Source of the DNA: Octopus vulgaris
Taxonomy: Eukaryota
Reading direction: 5' to 3'
DNA length: 64,000 nt
NCBI GenBank assembly: GCA_951406725.2
Contig: OX597836.1
Span: 8,928,001 to 8,992,000 of the forward strand
In this document: positions 40,845-53,442 of the stretch, in pieces
How positions within the stretch are numbered: the first letter of the stretch is position 1
Layout of the letters: each line of letters opens with the position of its first letter
Program-made: the position numbers and the translations under genes
Notes under the pieces: generated by a model
What the model saw: the letters and a program-made list of their open reading frames with translations, nothing else
Database searches by the model: none
Told to the model about the DNA's origin: nothing

Positions 40845-42150
40845 TTTTACCTGTTTTGGTCATTAGACTGCGGTCATATTGGGACCCCGTCTCGAATTTT
40901 AAGTCGAATAAATCGACCCCAGAACTTATTTCTTAAACAGCGTACTTATTCTATCAGTCTTTTACCGAACTGCTAAGTTACGGGATGTAAACACACCAAC
41001 ACCGGTTGTCTAGATGTAATGGACCCACATACACACACACACACAAACATGTATATACGACAGGCTCCAGCAATGTCGCAGTCAAATGACTGAAACAAAA
41101 GAATATATATATATCGACCCCAAGACTTATCCTTTGTAAGATCAGTATGTATTCTATCGGTCTCTTTTGCCGAACCGCTAGGTTACGGGGACGTAAACAC
41201 ACCAACATCGGTTGTCAAGCGATGGTGAGGACACACACGCGTATATATATATATATATATATATACGACAGGCTTCATTCAGTTTCCATCAACCAAATAC
41301 ATTCACAAGGCTATAGTAGAAGACACTTTCCCAAGGTGCCCCGCAGTGGGACTGAACCTAGAACCATGTGGTTGGGGAGCAAGCTTTGTACCACACAGCC
41401 ACTCCTGCGCCTGTGTATAAGAAAGAATAATTATGTCCCAATTAATTTGATTTTTTGCATGTCTGATTATAAATACGCAGACGGAGGTAGATACATAGAA
41501 AGAAAGAGAGAGGGAAAGGGAGAAGTGTGTGTTCCTGGGATGGGGAGGTGCCGTAGCTGTGTGGTAAGAAGTTTGCTTCCCAACCACAGGGTTCCCAGTT
41601 CGGTCTCACTCCGTGGTACCTTGGCCGGGCGTCTTCTATTTTATCCACGAACCGACCAAAGCCTTGTGGCTGAATGTGGTAGACGGAAATTGAAAGAACC
41701 CCCGTCGTGTGCGGCTGTGTGGTAAGAAGCTACCTTCCTAACAACACGGATCTAAGTTCAGTCTCATTGCGTGGTACCTTGGGCAAGTGTCTTCTACTAT
41801 AGCCATGAGCCGACCAAAGCCTTTTGAGTGGATTTGGTAGACGGAAACAGAAGGAAGCCCATCGTATTTTGTTATTTTTTTTGTTTGTCATTTGATTGCG
41901 GCCATGCTGAAGCACCGCCTTATATATATACTTGTGTGTGTGTCTGTTTGCATCCTCTACCCGGTCATCGCTTGACAATCCACTCTGGTGTATTCACGTC
42001 GCCCGTAACTTAGTGGTTCGGCGAAAGAGACCGATAGAATAAGCATTAGACTTACAAAGAGTAAGTCCTGGGGTCGATTTATTCTACTATAACCCTTTAA
42101 AGCGGAGCTCCAGCATGGCCATAGTCAAATGACAAACAAAATAATAAAAG
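40845..42150. mobile_element. Dense nest of SINE family B copies and fragments in both orientations
   Basis: Minus copies 40845-41410, plus copies 41552-42150. Confidence 0.85.
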
Positions 42151-42270
42151 AATACAGCGTGTGTGTGTGTCTCAGTCTTACTATCGCTTCATTACCTATG
42201 ATAAAAGATATATATATACACACGCTGTGTGTATGTATAATGTACATATATACATACACATACGCCACGC

Positions 42271-42314
<44 letters not shown>

Positions 42315-42568
42315 GGCGTGTGTGTGTATGTATACATGAACTCTCTTGCGCAAAGGTTTTGTTGATAGTGGTCAAATGTTTGTGCTGTGCACGGGGGTGT
42401 GTGTGTGTATACACACTAAACTTTTACAAGAAGTGAGGGTGTGCGGAGCCTTTCGAATTTCAGCCTGGTTGCCCTCGTCGACTTCTCTGAAACTTCAAAC
42501 TCCCTGTCATCTCTTCATTTTAATGTTAAATCGTCTTAATCGTAACGTCATTGTTGAGTATAAATAGT

Positions 42569-42860
42569 GGGGATTTGAAGTGTACAAATTTTTGGTCGAG
42601 CCCAGAGTTTCAATGGAGTTCTTCATCGTTGTCTTTCGTTTCGAATCTCCCACCTTACCAGGAGTGGGTTATTTCCATGCCTGCTGCATTCTTTGGAATG
42701 AGAGAACGGCTTCGCAAGTCCGCCTCTCTAGAATCGAACCCTGGTTCCCCGTTACCATCACGGTCAGCACTTACTGGGCCGTCGACAATTAATAAGGTGG
42801 GTTCACTGGGGCGGCGGCTGTATTTTGATTCCAGTCCGTGCGATCGGACTGTCAGTCATC
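42569..42860 (-). pseudogene. Diverged 18S rRNA fragment (5'-domain region)
   Basis: Minus strand ggtaacggggaaccagggttcgattctagagagg...ccaaagaatgcagcaggcatggaaataacccactcctgg...gtacacttcaaatcc is colinear with conserved 18S ggtaacggggaatcagggttcgattccggagagg...ccaaggaaggcagcaggcgcgcaaattacccactcc...gtacactttaaatcc. Confidence 0.8.
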
Positions 42861-42923
42861 TTGTGTGTGTGTGTGGTGTTTTTTGTATCGTCTATCTGGA
42901 TGTTTTGCGTTCTTGTCCCATTT

Positions 42924-42984
<61 letters not shown>

Positions 42985-43019
42985 TGATATCGCTGCTATT
43001 ATGCAAAAGTGTCGTAAGT

Positions 43020-44030
43020 CCAAAACGTTGCTTTTTCAGAAAACGAACAAATAGTTTTACCATTCCATAGCAAAACCGTTCTAATACACTTTGACAATTT
43101 TTGATATCTTGGCATCTGAAGCAGCTGGAGATACGATGGTTTGACCAAAAGATCCGGCTATTGCAAACAAAAATAAATATTGAAAAAAAAACCGCATTTG
43201 GCCAATTTGGGATATACGACAGTTTAACATATTACCAACGATATATATGTATACATGTTTCTATAATGTTAATTCAATAAAGAACGGTATTTGTCGTTTT
43301 TTCTTGATTATGGTGCAAGGGAGACAGTCCACTCTTGGAGAAAAATGACAATGATTTTCTTTTTCCTGTTATTCCTGCTGCAACATTTTTTTGTAAATAA
43401 TTTTCATCTTAGCAATTCTGAGATTTATTGAAAGAATGCGTGAGCGTTCATGTTGCTCCTTATCGGAGAAGTTAAGAAAAAAAGAGCCACTGTTCTTATT
43501 GTTTGGCCTATCCACCCGTTCTTTTATCCATTTTCGCCGTCCCCTATTCTTTGAAGAGTTGTAGAGGAAAAGTCCCAGATACAACCGTCATTATACTATC
43601 CTGATCGATTCCCAGGCGTAGCCGACTGAAACTGGATATTATCCAGTTTTCTCACTCGTGGCCTTCTCACAAGATTTTCTGCTGTTTGGTGCAGCTTAAG
43701 GAATCTGTCTTACGATCCTTACCCGCAGCTTTCTAACCCCATCAAATATAAGCGGCCGAAATGAGGTTCCTCCAAAGGATCTCTGGAACAACATTTTTTC
43801 AGCAGAATTACGTATGGCTCGGAGACCAGGGAGTTTTTCGATGCCGAGCCGCTACTTTCTCCGCGTTGAAAGGTCAGAGCTTTGGAATTACAGACCTGTG
43901 GTCATTGCTTGGTTTTTAGTGAAATATCACCATTTTACTTGGATTTATTCAAATTGTCAAAGTTAGTCAAATTCGAACCTTTTAACATTTATCGCATGAT
44001 TCAACTCCCAAGAGCTGCTAGCATTCTACA
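43020..44030 (-). pseudogene. Heavily decayed mariner-like transposase
   Basis: Vestiges resembling WVPH (~43765), LHHDN (~43310) and YSPDLAP (~43200) in the correct order; many stops. Confidence 0.4.
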
Positions 44031-44049
44031 AGGCTTCAAGTAAGGCCCC

Positions 44050-45375
44050 GTAGAGAGTGTAATACTCCTACGTCTAGGATAATACAACTGTAATCCCCAA
44101 AGACATCTTGATCTGCATCCTGAGAAGAGCCACTCAACTGATTGACAATTTGGTCGCTAACTGAAGTCCTCCAGCCTCTGGCCCACAAGTGTACCATTTC
44201 CCCTCTTTAATTTTCTATGGATATCTCTAACTATAATGGTTGTCTTTGTACCCTACCCCACCCACTCAGGTACGACCCCGTCCCACTCATCTTTCCACTT
44301 CTCGTCATATTTGGTACATCAAATCCCCTCAGTGTAAATAAATCCCCAGCTGGACAGGGCGCCGGTCCATCGCAGGGTTACTCGTTTTTTAGTGGCTTGG
44401 AGCAACGTGAAATGAAGTGTTTTGCTCAAGAACACAATGCATCGCCCGGTCGAGGAATCGAAACCACAATCTCACGATCATGAGTCCAACAGCCTAACCA
44501 CGCATTTCTACGTCAAATCTTCTCAGCACTGCACTAACCGTTATGTCTAGTCCTTCTCCATATAAGGCCGTCTCACTGGAATTTTTGTCTCTTGCAGTTG
44601 TTGTTCTGTATCAGTCTAAACATGGCATTAATGTCATCAAACTTATCAGTCTTGGGGGACATGGAAAGATTATGGACAGTGTACCTTTCTCCAGACTCTG
44701 GCATTTCAGTCACAAACTAAAGCCCTCCAAACTCTGACCCACAGGTGCGCTATTTCCTCTCTCTTTTCAATGACTAACTCTAATGGCTCCCTTCTGCAGA
44801 GCCGGTTGTTCTTGTACCCCCACCGCTCAGACATTCTCATCCTAATCGTCTTTTCACCTCTCGTCACATTTGGTGCATCAAAACCCCTCAGCCTTGCACC
44901 AACCGCTATAGCTAATACCGTCTCCTCACTAGATCGTCTCTCTGGAACTTTCTCCCATCCCATATCTCTTCTGCTGTTGTTGACCTGCGAGTCCAAACCA
45001 GTGTTTCTCAGCTGAGGTCCATATAAGATTTATGGCGGTCCAACCAAGCAAAATTGTATATTGGGGATCTACGGTCCATGAAAAATGTTTGCTTTACATA
45101 TATTTATTACAAGAAACGAGTTTCTTTCTCTAAAATTTTGCATAGTTCATGTCCCCGGTCCTTGGAACATGCTCTCTGAGAAAGTGAGCAGGTGAATACA
45201 AAATAGAATACAAGTGAGCAGGTGAAAAACAAAATAGAAATATAAAACTAGCTTTTAAGCATCGAATGGTATTGGGTCCAGCAGAGTTAAACGGTGATCA
45301 AAGAGGATCCATAGGTCAAAAATGGTTAAGAACCCCTGGTCTAAACAGAACATTAAGGGCTTCAAGCTAACCAGT
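44050..45375 (+). mobile_element. Two decayed CR1/L2-group LINE 3' fragments, interrupted by a family C SINE (44340-44505, -) and a hAT MITE
   Basis: Translations LQPLAH.. and ALQTLTHRCAISSL..VPPPLRH..RSSLWNFLPSH match the LxHRR...LWNxLP C-terminus of CR1-type ORF2. Confidence 0.6.
44999..45338. mobile_element. hAT (Charlie-like) MITE with 8-bp TSD
   Basis: Termini cagtgtttctcagc / gttaagaacccctg; TSD gtccaaac (44991) / gtctaaac (45339). Confidence 0.8.
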
Positions 45376-46356
45376 CTTGAAGGACCTGGAAAGAACATGA
45401 ACATTGTCCCTTGCTCTAGACTCAATAAATAAAAAATAAATCCATACCACACATCTTCAATTTTCGAACCTAACCTCTTAACATAAACATTTTTTTCAAT
45501 TTCCATGCAAAAAATATCATTTTTAATTATTTACTTTGAATCTGTTAATAAGGAAGAATAAGTACACAAATTAGTTTTGATTAGTTTATAATTTATTAAT
45601 AGGTTACATACAGAAATTCTGGTCACTGGTAGTTAATAATAGAAAACAGGAATAACATCATAAACGAAGTATTTTGGGTTAGAAATAAGTGACAAATATC
45701 CTCAGAGTACAGTGAACATATATTTTCGTTCAAATATATATTTATTAGACATCTCTAAACGAAAACATACGGGATAGTATGTTTAGAGATTAAATGAATT
45801 TTTCAATATGGCTGCTGTAAACGTTTGTTAACTCGTATCGGCCATTTTACAATCTACAAAAAAACACATGAAGCAGCCATAACATGATGTCCGTACAAAA
45901 AACAAAAACAACCTTCGTTGTTTTCATCTTCGCTGAAATTATTCCAGTATTCGTTGTTGTCTTCCATACTTGAATAATGGTCGACAATAAACATGTCGAC
46001 CATTTCTGAAAATTACCATTAAAAAAACCACGTGTCAACGACCATGTTGAATAAAAACAATAGTCGTATCGTGTTGTCTCAACACTCGTGTGGTTCATAT
46101 TGTTCCCAGAACAAAACTCGTGAATGCAGAACTGAATTCTTTGCATTTTTTAATCGTTGTCATTGTTTTAAAGAAACACAAAAAATGGCACAGTTTTTAC
46201 AATATTTTTTTTGTTTTCTTTTCATGTTCATGCATAAAGGTGCGTGTGTGTCTGTGTGTCCGTGTGTCTGTGTGTCCGTGTGTTTGCGCTTTTATCTGTC
46301 TACTTTGCCAATCTCTTGGCTTTGATTTAAATGTGTTACGGTATACATATACCGTG

Positions 46357-47000
46357 AAGGCGCGTGGCTCAGTGGTTAGAGCGTCGAGCTTACGATCGTG
46401 AGGTTGTGAGTTCGAATCCCGGACCGGCTGCGTGCTGTGTTCTTGAGCAAGACACTTTATTTCACGTTGCTCCAGTTCACTCAGCTGTAGAAATGAGTTG
46501 TGACGTCACAAGTGCCAAGCTGTATCGGCCCCTTTGCCTTTCCCTTGGATAACACTGGAGGCGTGGAGAGGGGAGGCCAGTATGCATGGGCAAATGGTAG
46601 CCTTCCACAAACAATCTTGCCCTGACTTGTGACTAGGAGGGTAACTTTCTAGGTGCAATCCCATGGTCAGTGTCGTGACCGAAGGGGGTCCCGATCCCGA
46701 TACATATACATGTAAGAATATATGTACATGAATGTGTGTGTATGTGTGTGTGGTGAAGGCGCGTGGCCAAGTGGTTAGGCTGTTGCACTTCACGATCACT
46801 GGATCATGGGTTCCATTCCCACGCCGGATGGGACGTTGTGTTTTCGAGCAATATACCTTATTTCACGTTGCTTCAGTCCCCATTTCGATCAGAGGAAGAA
46901 TGTTGGCCTGCTCACCAAGCCAGCGGGTTGGTATCATTCGAAGGGTAAAACGATACAAATCGCATTGTGACTAGCGATGTGCAACATGATAGCCTGGTCC
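46357..47000 (+). mobile_element. SINE family D full copy (46357-46690) and a related SINE with a different tail (46755-47000)
   Basis: tRNA-like head ggcgcgtggctcagtggttagagcg...gagttcgaatccc, CORE-like cttgagcaagacactt. The second tail also occurs at ~38680-38795. Confidence 0.85.
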
Positions 47001-47501
47001 GTCACATGTTTATATATATATAATCTTTTATTTGTTTCAGCCATTAAACTGCAATGCTTATTTCGTCAGGCTGTTTTGCTGAACCGCTAAGTTACAGCGA
47101 CGTAAACACACCAACACAGGTTGTTAAGCGTTGGTAGGACACACACTGGGTGTCTTTTTTAGTTTCCGTCTACCAAATCCACTCACAAGGCTTTGGTTGG
47201 ACCGAGACCATAGAACCCAGAACCACGTGATAACTGGGGGTCCTTTCTTGATAAAATGTGCAATAAATCGGTCATACTCTTGCAGAAATACAGAAAATAT
47301 TTTGATTTTTTTTTAAATAAAATTCCTAATAATATAAAAATACAGTAAGATTTTAATTTTATATATACAGTGAATGGCATAGAGTAAAACAGGGGATTGA
47401 ACGGGTCCACGAGAAAAAAGGGGGTTGGGAACCACTGGTGTAAACTGTGATTGGAGAGAGACGTGACTGTTATTTCTAGCAGACTGAGTGACCATATAGG
47501 G

Positions 47502-47729
47502 CAGTGGTTCTCAAGTTGAATTTGTATGACACTTGAGTGGTTCATATAAGATTTTGTTAGAATTTATCTGCAATAAATTTGTTATGCATCAACAATACAA
47601 AAGAAATATTTTAGTATTTATAGGGAATTCTTAATATTTAAATATTAGGAAAAAATAGGGTCTTTTAAGCATGGAACAGTTATGAGGGCCCACCCGAGTT
47701 AAAGTAGGGAAAATATCTTCGGGACCTCT
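47502..47729. mobile_element. hAT-like MITE (a second right end lies at ~47436)
   Basis: cagtggttctcaa ... ttcgggacctctg; approximate TSD atataggg/ctatagag. Confidence 0.55.
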
Positions 47730-49272
47730 GCTATAGAGGCTCTGATGAGGGCAGTGAGGTCGGGGATGGTTGTGGTGGTGGTGGTGGTGGTGATTGTGTT
47801 GATGGAGATGATGGCGGGGATGGTAATCGTTGTAACGATGGCTATGGTGATGATGATGATTCTATTGATGGTGGAGGTGATGATGATGATGATGGCAATG
47901 AGGTCGGTGGGGGAGTTCGTAAAGATGACCAGGATGGTGGTGGTGGTAACATTGAAATGTGTGTGGGTGTCGCATAATGAACATGGAACGGTCTTTGTTG
48001 CCTCCATTGAACGGGGGGCAGTGGTGGGAGCAGGGGCGGCAGTAAGAGGGTGGTGGTGGTGGTACAGTGTGTGGAGGGGGTTGTGTATTGTTATGTATAT
48101 CTAATAGTTATGCACACGTATGTGCGTGTGTTTGGGTGAGGGAAGAGGTGTGCGAGTGGTGTAGAGAATGGCAAATTCAAACGTGTGTGTGTGTGTGTGT
48201 GTTGAAATGCGTGTATATGATATAGTGTGTGTGAGTGTGTGTGTGTGTGTGAGTGTGTGTGTAGAGCGTGACAGTAATGACAAACATGAGAAGCCGAACG
48301 ACAGTAACAAAATGGTGGAAACTAATAAGGAGGGAGGAAGAGGGAGAACTAGAGAAATACGTGTGCGCGTATGCATGCGTGTGTTTATGCAAGCATATGT
48401 GCACGTATGTGTGTGCACGTGTGTGTGTGTGCACGTATGTGTGTGCGCACGTATGTGTATATGTGCACGTGTGTGTGCATGTATATATATGTCCTGTGTA
48501 TATGTGTGAGTATGCGTGCATATATATGCATGTATGTGTATACATGTTTATGTGTATGTATATAGATATATGTGAGCATATATATATCATATGCTTGTGT
48601 GTATAGATATGTGTATGTAGATATATGCTTGTGTATGTATAGGGATATGTTTGTGTATGTATTTATTTATATATATATATATATATGTATATATGCTTGT
48701 GTGTGTGTGTAGATATGTCGGTAGACATATGCTTGTGTGTGTATCTATATAAAATTTGTATATGTGAATGTAAATATATTTACATGCATCTATATATGAA
48801 CAAAGATATGTATGTATATTGAAAGCCGACGAAACGTTAATTACAGGAGGTTGGTGACAACTTGGAATTTATAAACGTTGGCCGAAGGAAGGTGAAACAG
48901 ATGCGGAGAGGGCGGGCGGGTTTTGACTTGTTGCTTGTTTCGGCTCCTTAATTGCCGAGGCTAAGTAGATGATAGATGTGACTTGGAACTAGCTAAGCGA
49001 TACCAATAACCTGATATTAGAACTTAGGATACACATGCTTCAAAATTAAGCGTTAGTCGAGTATAGAGCGTAAATATGAAATTAAATGACAAAGGAACAA
49101 GAAACTGTGTCATGAATCTCAATGGCTGACAGCTGTTTCTGCTATGAGTTGCAATGCACTCGACGTTTAGTACTTGTGCATATTTTTGTCGGTGATCTTT
49201 TCATTAAGTGCAGGTGTGGATGTGTGGTAAAGAAGTTAGATATATATATAAATGTTTTCCCAAATAAACTTG

Positions 49273-49384
49273 AACTTCATTTTAGAAGCTCTGAGGAAGC
49301 TGTAAAGTTGACGATGCACAAGCGCTCAGCTGTGAGCGCACTGCATCTTACAGCAGAAACGTCTTCTAGCAGAAAAATGAAGTT
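49273..49384 (+). ncRNA. Hammerhead-like motif with long stem II (probably degenerate stem I junction)
   Basis: CTGAGGA-A-GCTGTAA..gatgca..gcgctca(gctg)tgagcgc..tgcatc-TTACAGC-A-GAAAC-GTC; outer pairing aacttcatttt/aaaatgaagtt. Confidence 0.55.
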
Positions 49385-49590
49385 TAAAGGACGAGGGAAT
49401 TATAGAAAACATGAAGAAGTTGTAAGAGTGAGAGGTGGCGACAAATTTTGATTGGGGGAAATGTAAATAGAGAATAGAGATATAATGATGTGAGTGAGAA
49501 GAGTGATTGGGGTGAAAGACTAAGTTTATATAGAGTTTATATAAATTGATAAATAATAGAAAACAGAATGAACGACATTCTTTATGTGAA

Positions 49591-49697
49591 AATCACTACA
49601 ATTGTTTCAACACATTTTACACCGTTAGTACATTAGTGAGATGTTGTGTAAGCATTATCATGCATCCATGATGTGCAATGCGCTTCCTCAGGTGATT
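49591..49697 (-). ncRNA. Intact minimal type-I hammerhead ribozyme motif
   Basis: AATCAC-CTGAGGA-A-GCGCATT...AATGTGT-T-GAAAC-AATT-GTA-GTGATT: 6-bp stem I, palindromic stem III ACAATTGT, GUA triplet. Confidence 0.7.
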
Positions 49698-50104
49698 CTT
49701 TAAATAAGTCGTTCACTGGATTCTCTTATCATTTCACCCAGTGTGAGAATGCATACCTAAAGTGAGGTCATTTTCAACAGTATGCTGACAAAACCCGCAA
49801 GTACGTTTATATCTTGTATGCAGTTAAATGTGCAACTACCACTATTTGAGTTAGAGCTCCACGTAGATTATCACTATCAGGACAGCTTCCAGTATAGTGG
49901 TTAATCTGCTACTGTACTTAGCACTGTTATTAGTTATACAGACCATATGTAGGGAAGAATTAAGATGAGCGCAGAATGTAATAGAATCCAATAAAACCTT
50001 CCCTGATGATCCAATTGCGGTTAAGCATCTGTAGTTGGAACGTCCAATGGTGTTGAGCTTCAAATAACTGGAACGGTAAAACGTACGGAAGAACCAGTAA
50101 TTTA

Positions 50105-50415
50105 TACATGGCTCAGTGATTAGTGTCAGGCTCACAATCATGAGATAGTGAGTTCGATTACGGACCGACTTCTGTGTTGTGTTCTTGAGCAAGACACTTT
50201 ATCTCACGTTGCTCCAGTTCACTCATCTGTAGAAATGAGTTGCGATATTACAGGTGCCAAGCTGTATCGGCCTCTTTGCCTTTCCCTTGGATAACATCAG
50301 TGACGTGGAGAGTGGAGGCTGGTATGCATGGGCGACTGCTGGTCTTCCATACACAACCTTGCCCGGACTTGTTTCGGAGGATAACTTTCTAGGTACAATC
50401 CTATGGTCATTTGCC
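50105..50415 (+). mobile_element. SINE family D
   Basis: Colinear with 46357-46690. Confidence 0.85.
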
Positions 50416-50917
50416 CTTTATTTATAAACAGAAAGTCTCCGAATTTTTCCAAAGAAACGAAATGAAATACAATAAAATAAAGTAGAATATTTTCGTAATT
50501 ACATTTTAAATATTTACATTATTACATTATCACGTGACTTATTTTTACGTTACCCCTCCCCCCCCAAAAAAAATATATATAAAAATACTACATCGTTATT
50601 GCATCGTCTCGCGTTTAAGAATGCTTGTCCTTCGACTAGAGGAAGTGAGTTCAATTTCCGAGAGAGAGAGAGAGTCGTACGCCTGTATGCATCTTAATTC
50701 TTTCCTTTTAAAGACATACTCTCTCTCTCTCTCTCTCTCCCCATTTTAGTCTCTCTCTCCATTTTAGTCTCTCTCTCCATTTTAATCTCTCTTCTTCTTA
50801 CAGACTTCATACTCTCACTAATCCTCCTCTCTAAAACTTCTAGTACCTCCCACCCTTCTCTATTTTTCTGCTAACTCTTTTCCATTACCGCTTTGCAATA
50901 TTCTTTACTCGCACTTA

Positions 50918-51320
50918 GGGCGGCGAACTGGCAGAATCGTTAAGCACGCCGAGCAAAAAAACACTTAACGATATTTCGTCCGACTTTACGTTCCGAGTTC
51001 GAATTGCACCGAGGCCAACTTAGCCTTTTGGCCTTGATAAAATAAGTACAAGCCCCCTCCGCCAAAATTTCAGGCTTTGTGCTTATAGTCGAAAGGATTA
51101 TTGATTGTTAAGGTGGCGGAATCGTTAGCAAACCAGGCAAAACGCTTAGCGGTATTTCGTCCGTCTTTATGTTCTGAGTTCAAATTCCACCGAGGTCGAC
51201 TTTGTCCTTCATCCTTTGCGGGTCGATAAAATAATTACCTGTTGAACACTGGGGTCGATGTAATCTACTCACCCCGTCCCCCGATATTGCTGGCCTTGTG
51301 CCAAAATTTGAAATCAATAT
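50918..51320 (+). mobile_element. Two tandem SINE family A copies
   Basis: Two heads (ggcggcgaactggcagaa; aaggtggcggaatcgttagc) with family bodies. Confidence 0.85.
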
Positions 51321-51359
51321 TCTAGACTTAAACTTTACATTTTTGTCTTTTATAAATGT

Positions 51360-51394
51360 TCCTTTCTTCTTTCCTTCCTTCCTTTCTTCCACTC

Positions 51395-51434
<40 letters not shown>

Positions 51435-52072
51435 CTACTCATTCCTTCTCTTCCTCTGCAAAATCTCTATTCCTCCCACCCTTTTAAGTCTCTCTCTTAT
51501 CTCCCCCTCAGTGTCCCTTACTTTTCCTTCCCACAGTCCCTCCATCCACTTTTTCCACTCTAATCTCTCTCTCCCCTCATACCACAACTCTCTTTTTCTC
51601 TCGTATCTCTTCTCAATTACTAATCCCTCCTCCTCTCCCTCTTTCATATCTCCTCGAGCTCCAACTCTCATCTTTTCCATCACACTACTATATTCTCACA
51701 ACTGCCTCTCTCATTGACTCTTTTCTCCCCTTTTGCTCTCTCTCTTTCTCTCTCGACCTCTATTTGTCTCTCTCTCTCTCTCTTCCCCTTTTCTCTCTCT
51801 CTTCCCCTTTTCTCTCTCTCTTCCCCTTTTCTCTCTTTCTTTCCCTTTTCTCTCTTTCTCTCTCTTCCCCTTTTCTCTATCTCTTCCCCTTTTCTCTCTC
51901 TCTTCCACTTTTCTCTCTCTCCTCCTCTTCTCTCTCTCTCTATCTCTTCCCCTCTTCTCTCTTCCTCTCCCCTCTCCCTCTTCTCTCCGTCTCCCCTCTC
52001 TCCACCTCGTTTCTCTCTCTATCCCCATTCTCTCACTTTTCTCCCTCTCGGTCTCTCTCTCTCTCTCTCTCG
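51360..52072. repeat. CT-rich tract with ~20-bp ttttctctctctcttcccc subrepeat
   Basis: Directly visible. Confidence 0.9.
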
Positions 52073-52593
52073 AAAGGCTGTAGTATTTTAGTGCTATCGG
52101 TAATTTCCTAATTAAACTCCATTTATGCAATTAACTAATCAAGTTCATTGATATCTTAATAGCGTTTGTCATATTCTTTGATTCTTTCCTTGTCATTTCC
52201 CATAATTCCATCACACAGTTCCATATAATCTAGCCTTGCCAGTCCCAACACACACACACACACACACACACACAAGCGGGCAGTTGTGTGTGTGTGTGTG
52301 TGTGTGTGGTTTAATGGTCGCTGTCACCTGATACACACATGGAGGCATTTTATGTTTTAAACATGTCTTGGTTCGTAGTCTACTGTGCAACCCTCACTTT
52401 TTTTATGAACACGTATTCGGGATTGATTCCCGCAGTACCGACAGGCCTTTCTCCTTCTTAATCATTTTGTAGCCAACAGAGGGAGCCACTGTATTGTCAC
52501 TTACTACAATCAGTAGCACAATATCATTCATATCACAACATGCTGTCTTATAAAAGGAACATACAAGGTCATATAATAAATATAATAATAGAT

Positions 52594-52842
52594 AAATGCG
52601 CCCTTTTAAAGCCTAGCCAGGCTCATGGGCCCGGTTTCCCGGTTTCTATGGCGTATGTGTTCCCCACCTGGACGGGACGCCAGTCCATCGCAGCGTTACT
52701 CATTTTTGCCAGCTGAGTGGACTGGAGCAACGTGAAATGAAGCGTTTTGCTCAAGAACACAACGCCTCACCTGGTCCAGGAATCGAAACCACAATCGTAG
52801 GATCATGATGCTGACACCCTAACCACTAAGCCACGCGCCTCC
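52594..52842 (-). mobile_element. SINE family C, full length, young
   Basis: Complete head ggaggcgcgtggcttagtggttaggg through tail ggctaggctttaaaagggcgcat. Confidence 0.92.
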
Positions 52843-52967
52843 GGTGTATAAAACTGTAGGATACTCCAAGCCATGGCTGGGACGCCTTTGCTAAAAGTCG
52901 CCTCAGGTATTGGATTAGTTCGAACAACAATCCTTTTATCACACACGCACACACACACACACGCGCG

Positions 52968-53234
52968 CAGTGATTCCCACCGGTGGGGCCTGGGAAAATG
53001 TGGTGGGGCGTGTTGCTGTAGTTGCAAGGCACAAGGTTCTCCTTAAAGTGATTAACTGTTTTTCTTAATCAATAATATTCTTTTTGTACTCAGTACTTAA
53101 TAAAAGAGTTACTTTTGTATTAAAGAATTGTGGTAAAATATTAAAAATGCAATTTTTTTTCAACCACCTGTGGGGCATGGATTTTTCTGGAAAGTTTTTG
53201 TGGGGCCTGGGGGAAAACCGGCTGGGAAAAACTG
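52968..53234. mobile_element. hAT-like MITE
   Basis: cagtgattccca / tgggaaaaactg termini with subterminal gtggggc repeats. Confidence 0.6.
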
Positions 53235-53260
53235 ATATATATACATACACACCTTTGTTT

Positions 53261-53416
53261 GTCATTTGACTGCGACCATGCTGGAGTACCACCTTCTAGT
53301 CGAAGAAATCGACCCCAGGACTTATTCTTTGGAAGTACTAGGCTTCCAAAGAATAAGTCCTGGGGTCGATTTGCTCGATTAAGGGCGTTGCTCCAGCATG
53401 GCCGTAGTCAAATGAC
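53261..53416. repeat. Fold-back (tail-to-tail) SINE family B 3' ends forming a ~75-bp stem with a 7-nt loop
   Basis: ggacttattctttggaag-tactagg-cttccaaagaataagtcc at the centre. Confidence 0.9.
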
Positions 53417-53442
53417 TGAAACAAGTAAAAGAGAGTAAAAGG

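Noticed and set aside
42569-42860. Functional 18S rRNA gene
   Set aside because: Only ~290 bp, with substitutions in universally conserved positions and no flanking rDNA.
46357-46430. tRNA-like sequence with A and B boxes
   Set aside because: No acceptor stem closes, and it continues into a SINE body also seen at 50105; it is a SINE head, as are the other tRNA-like heads.
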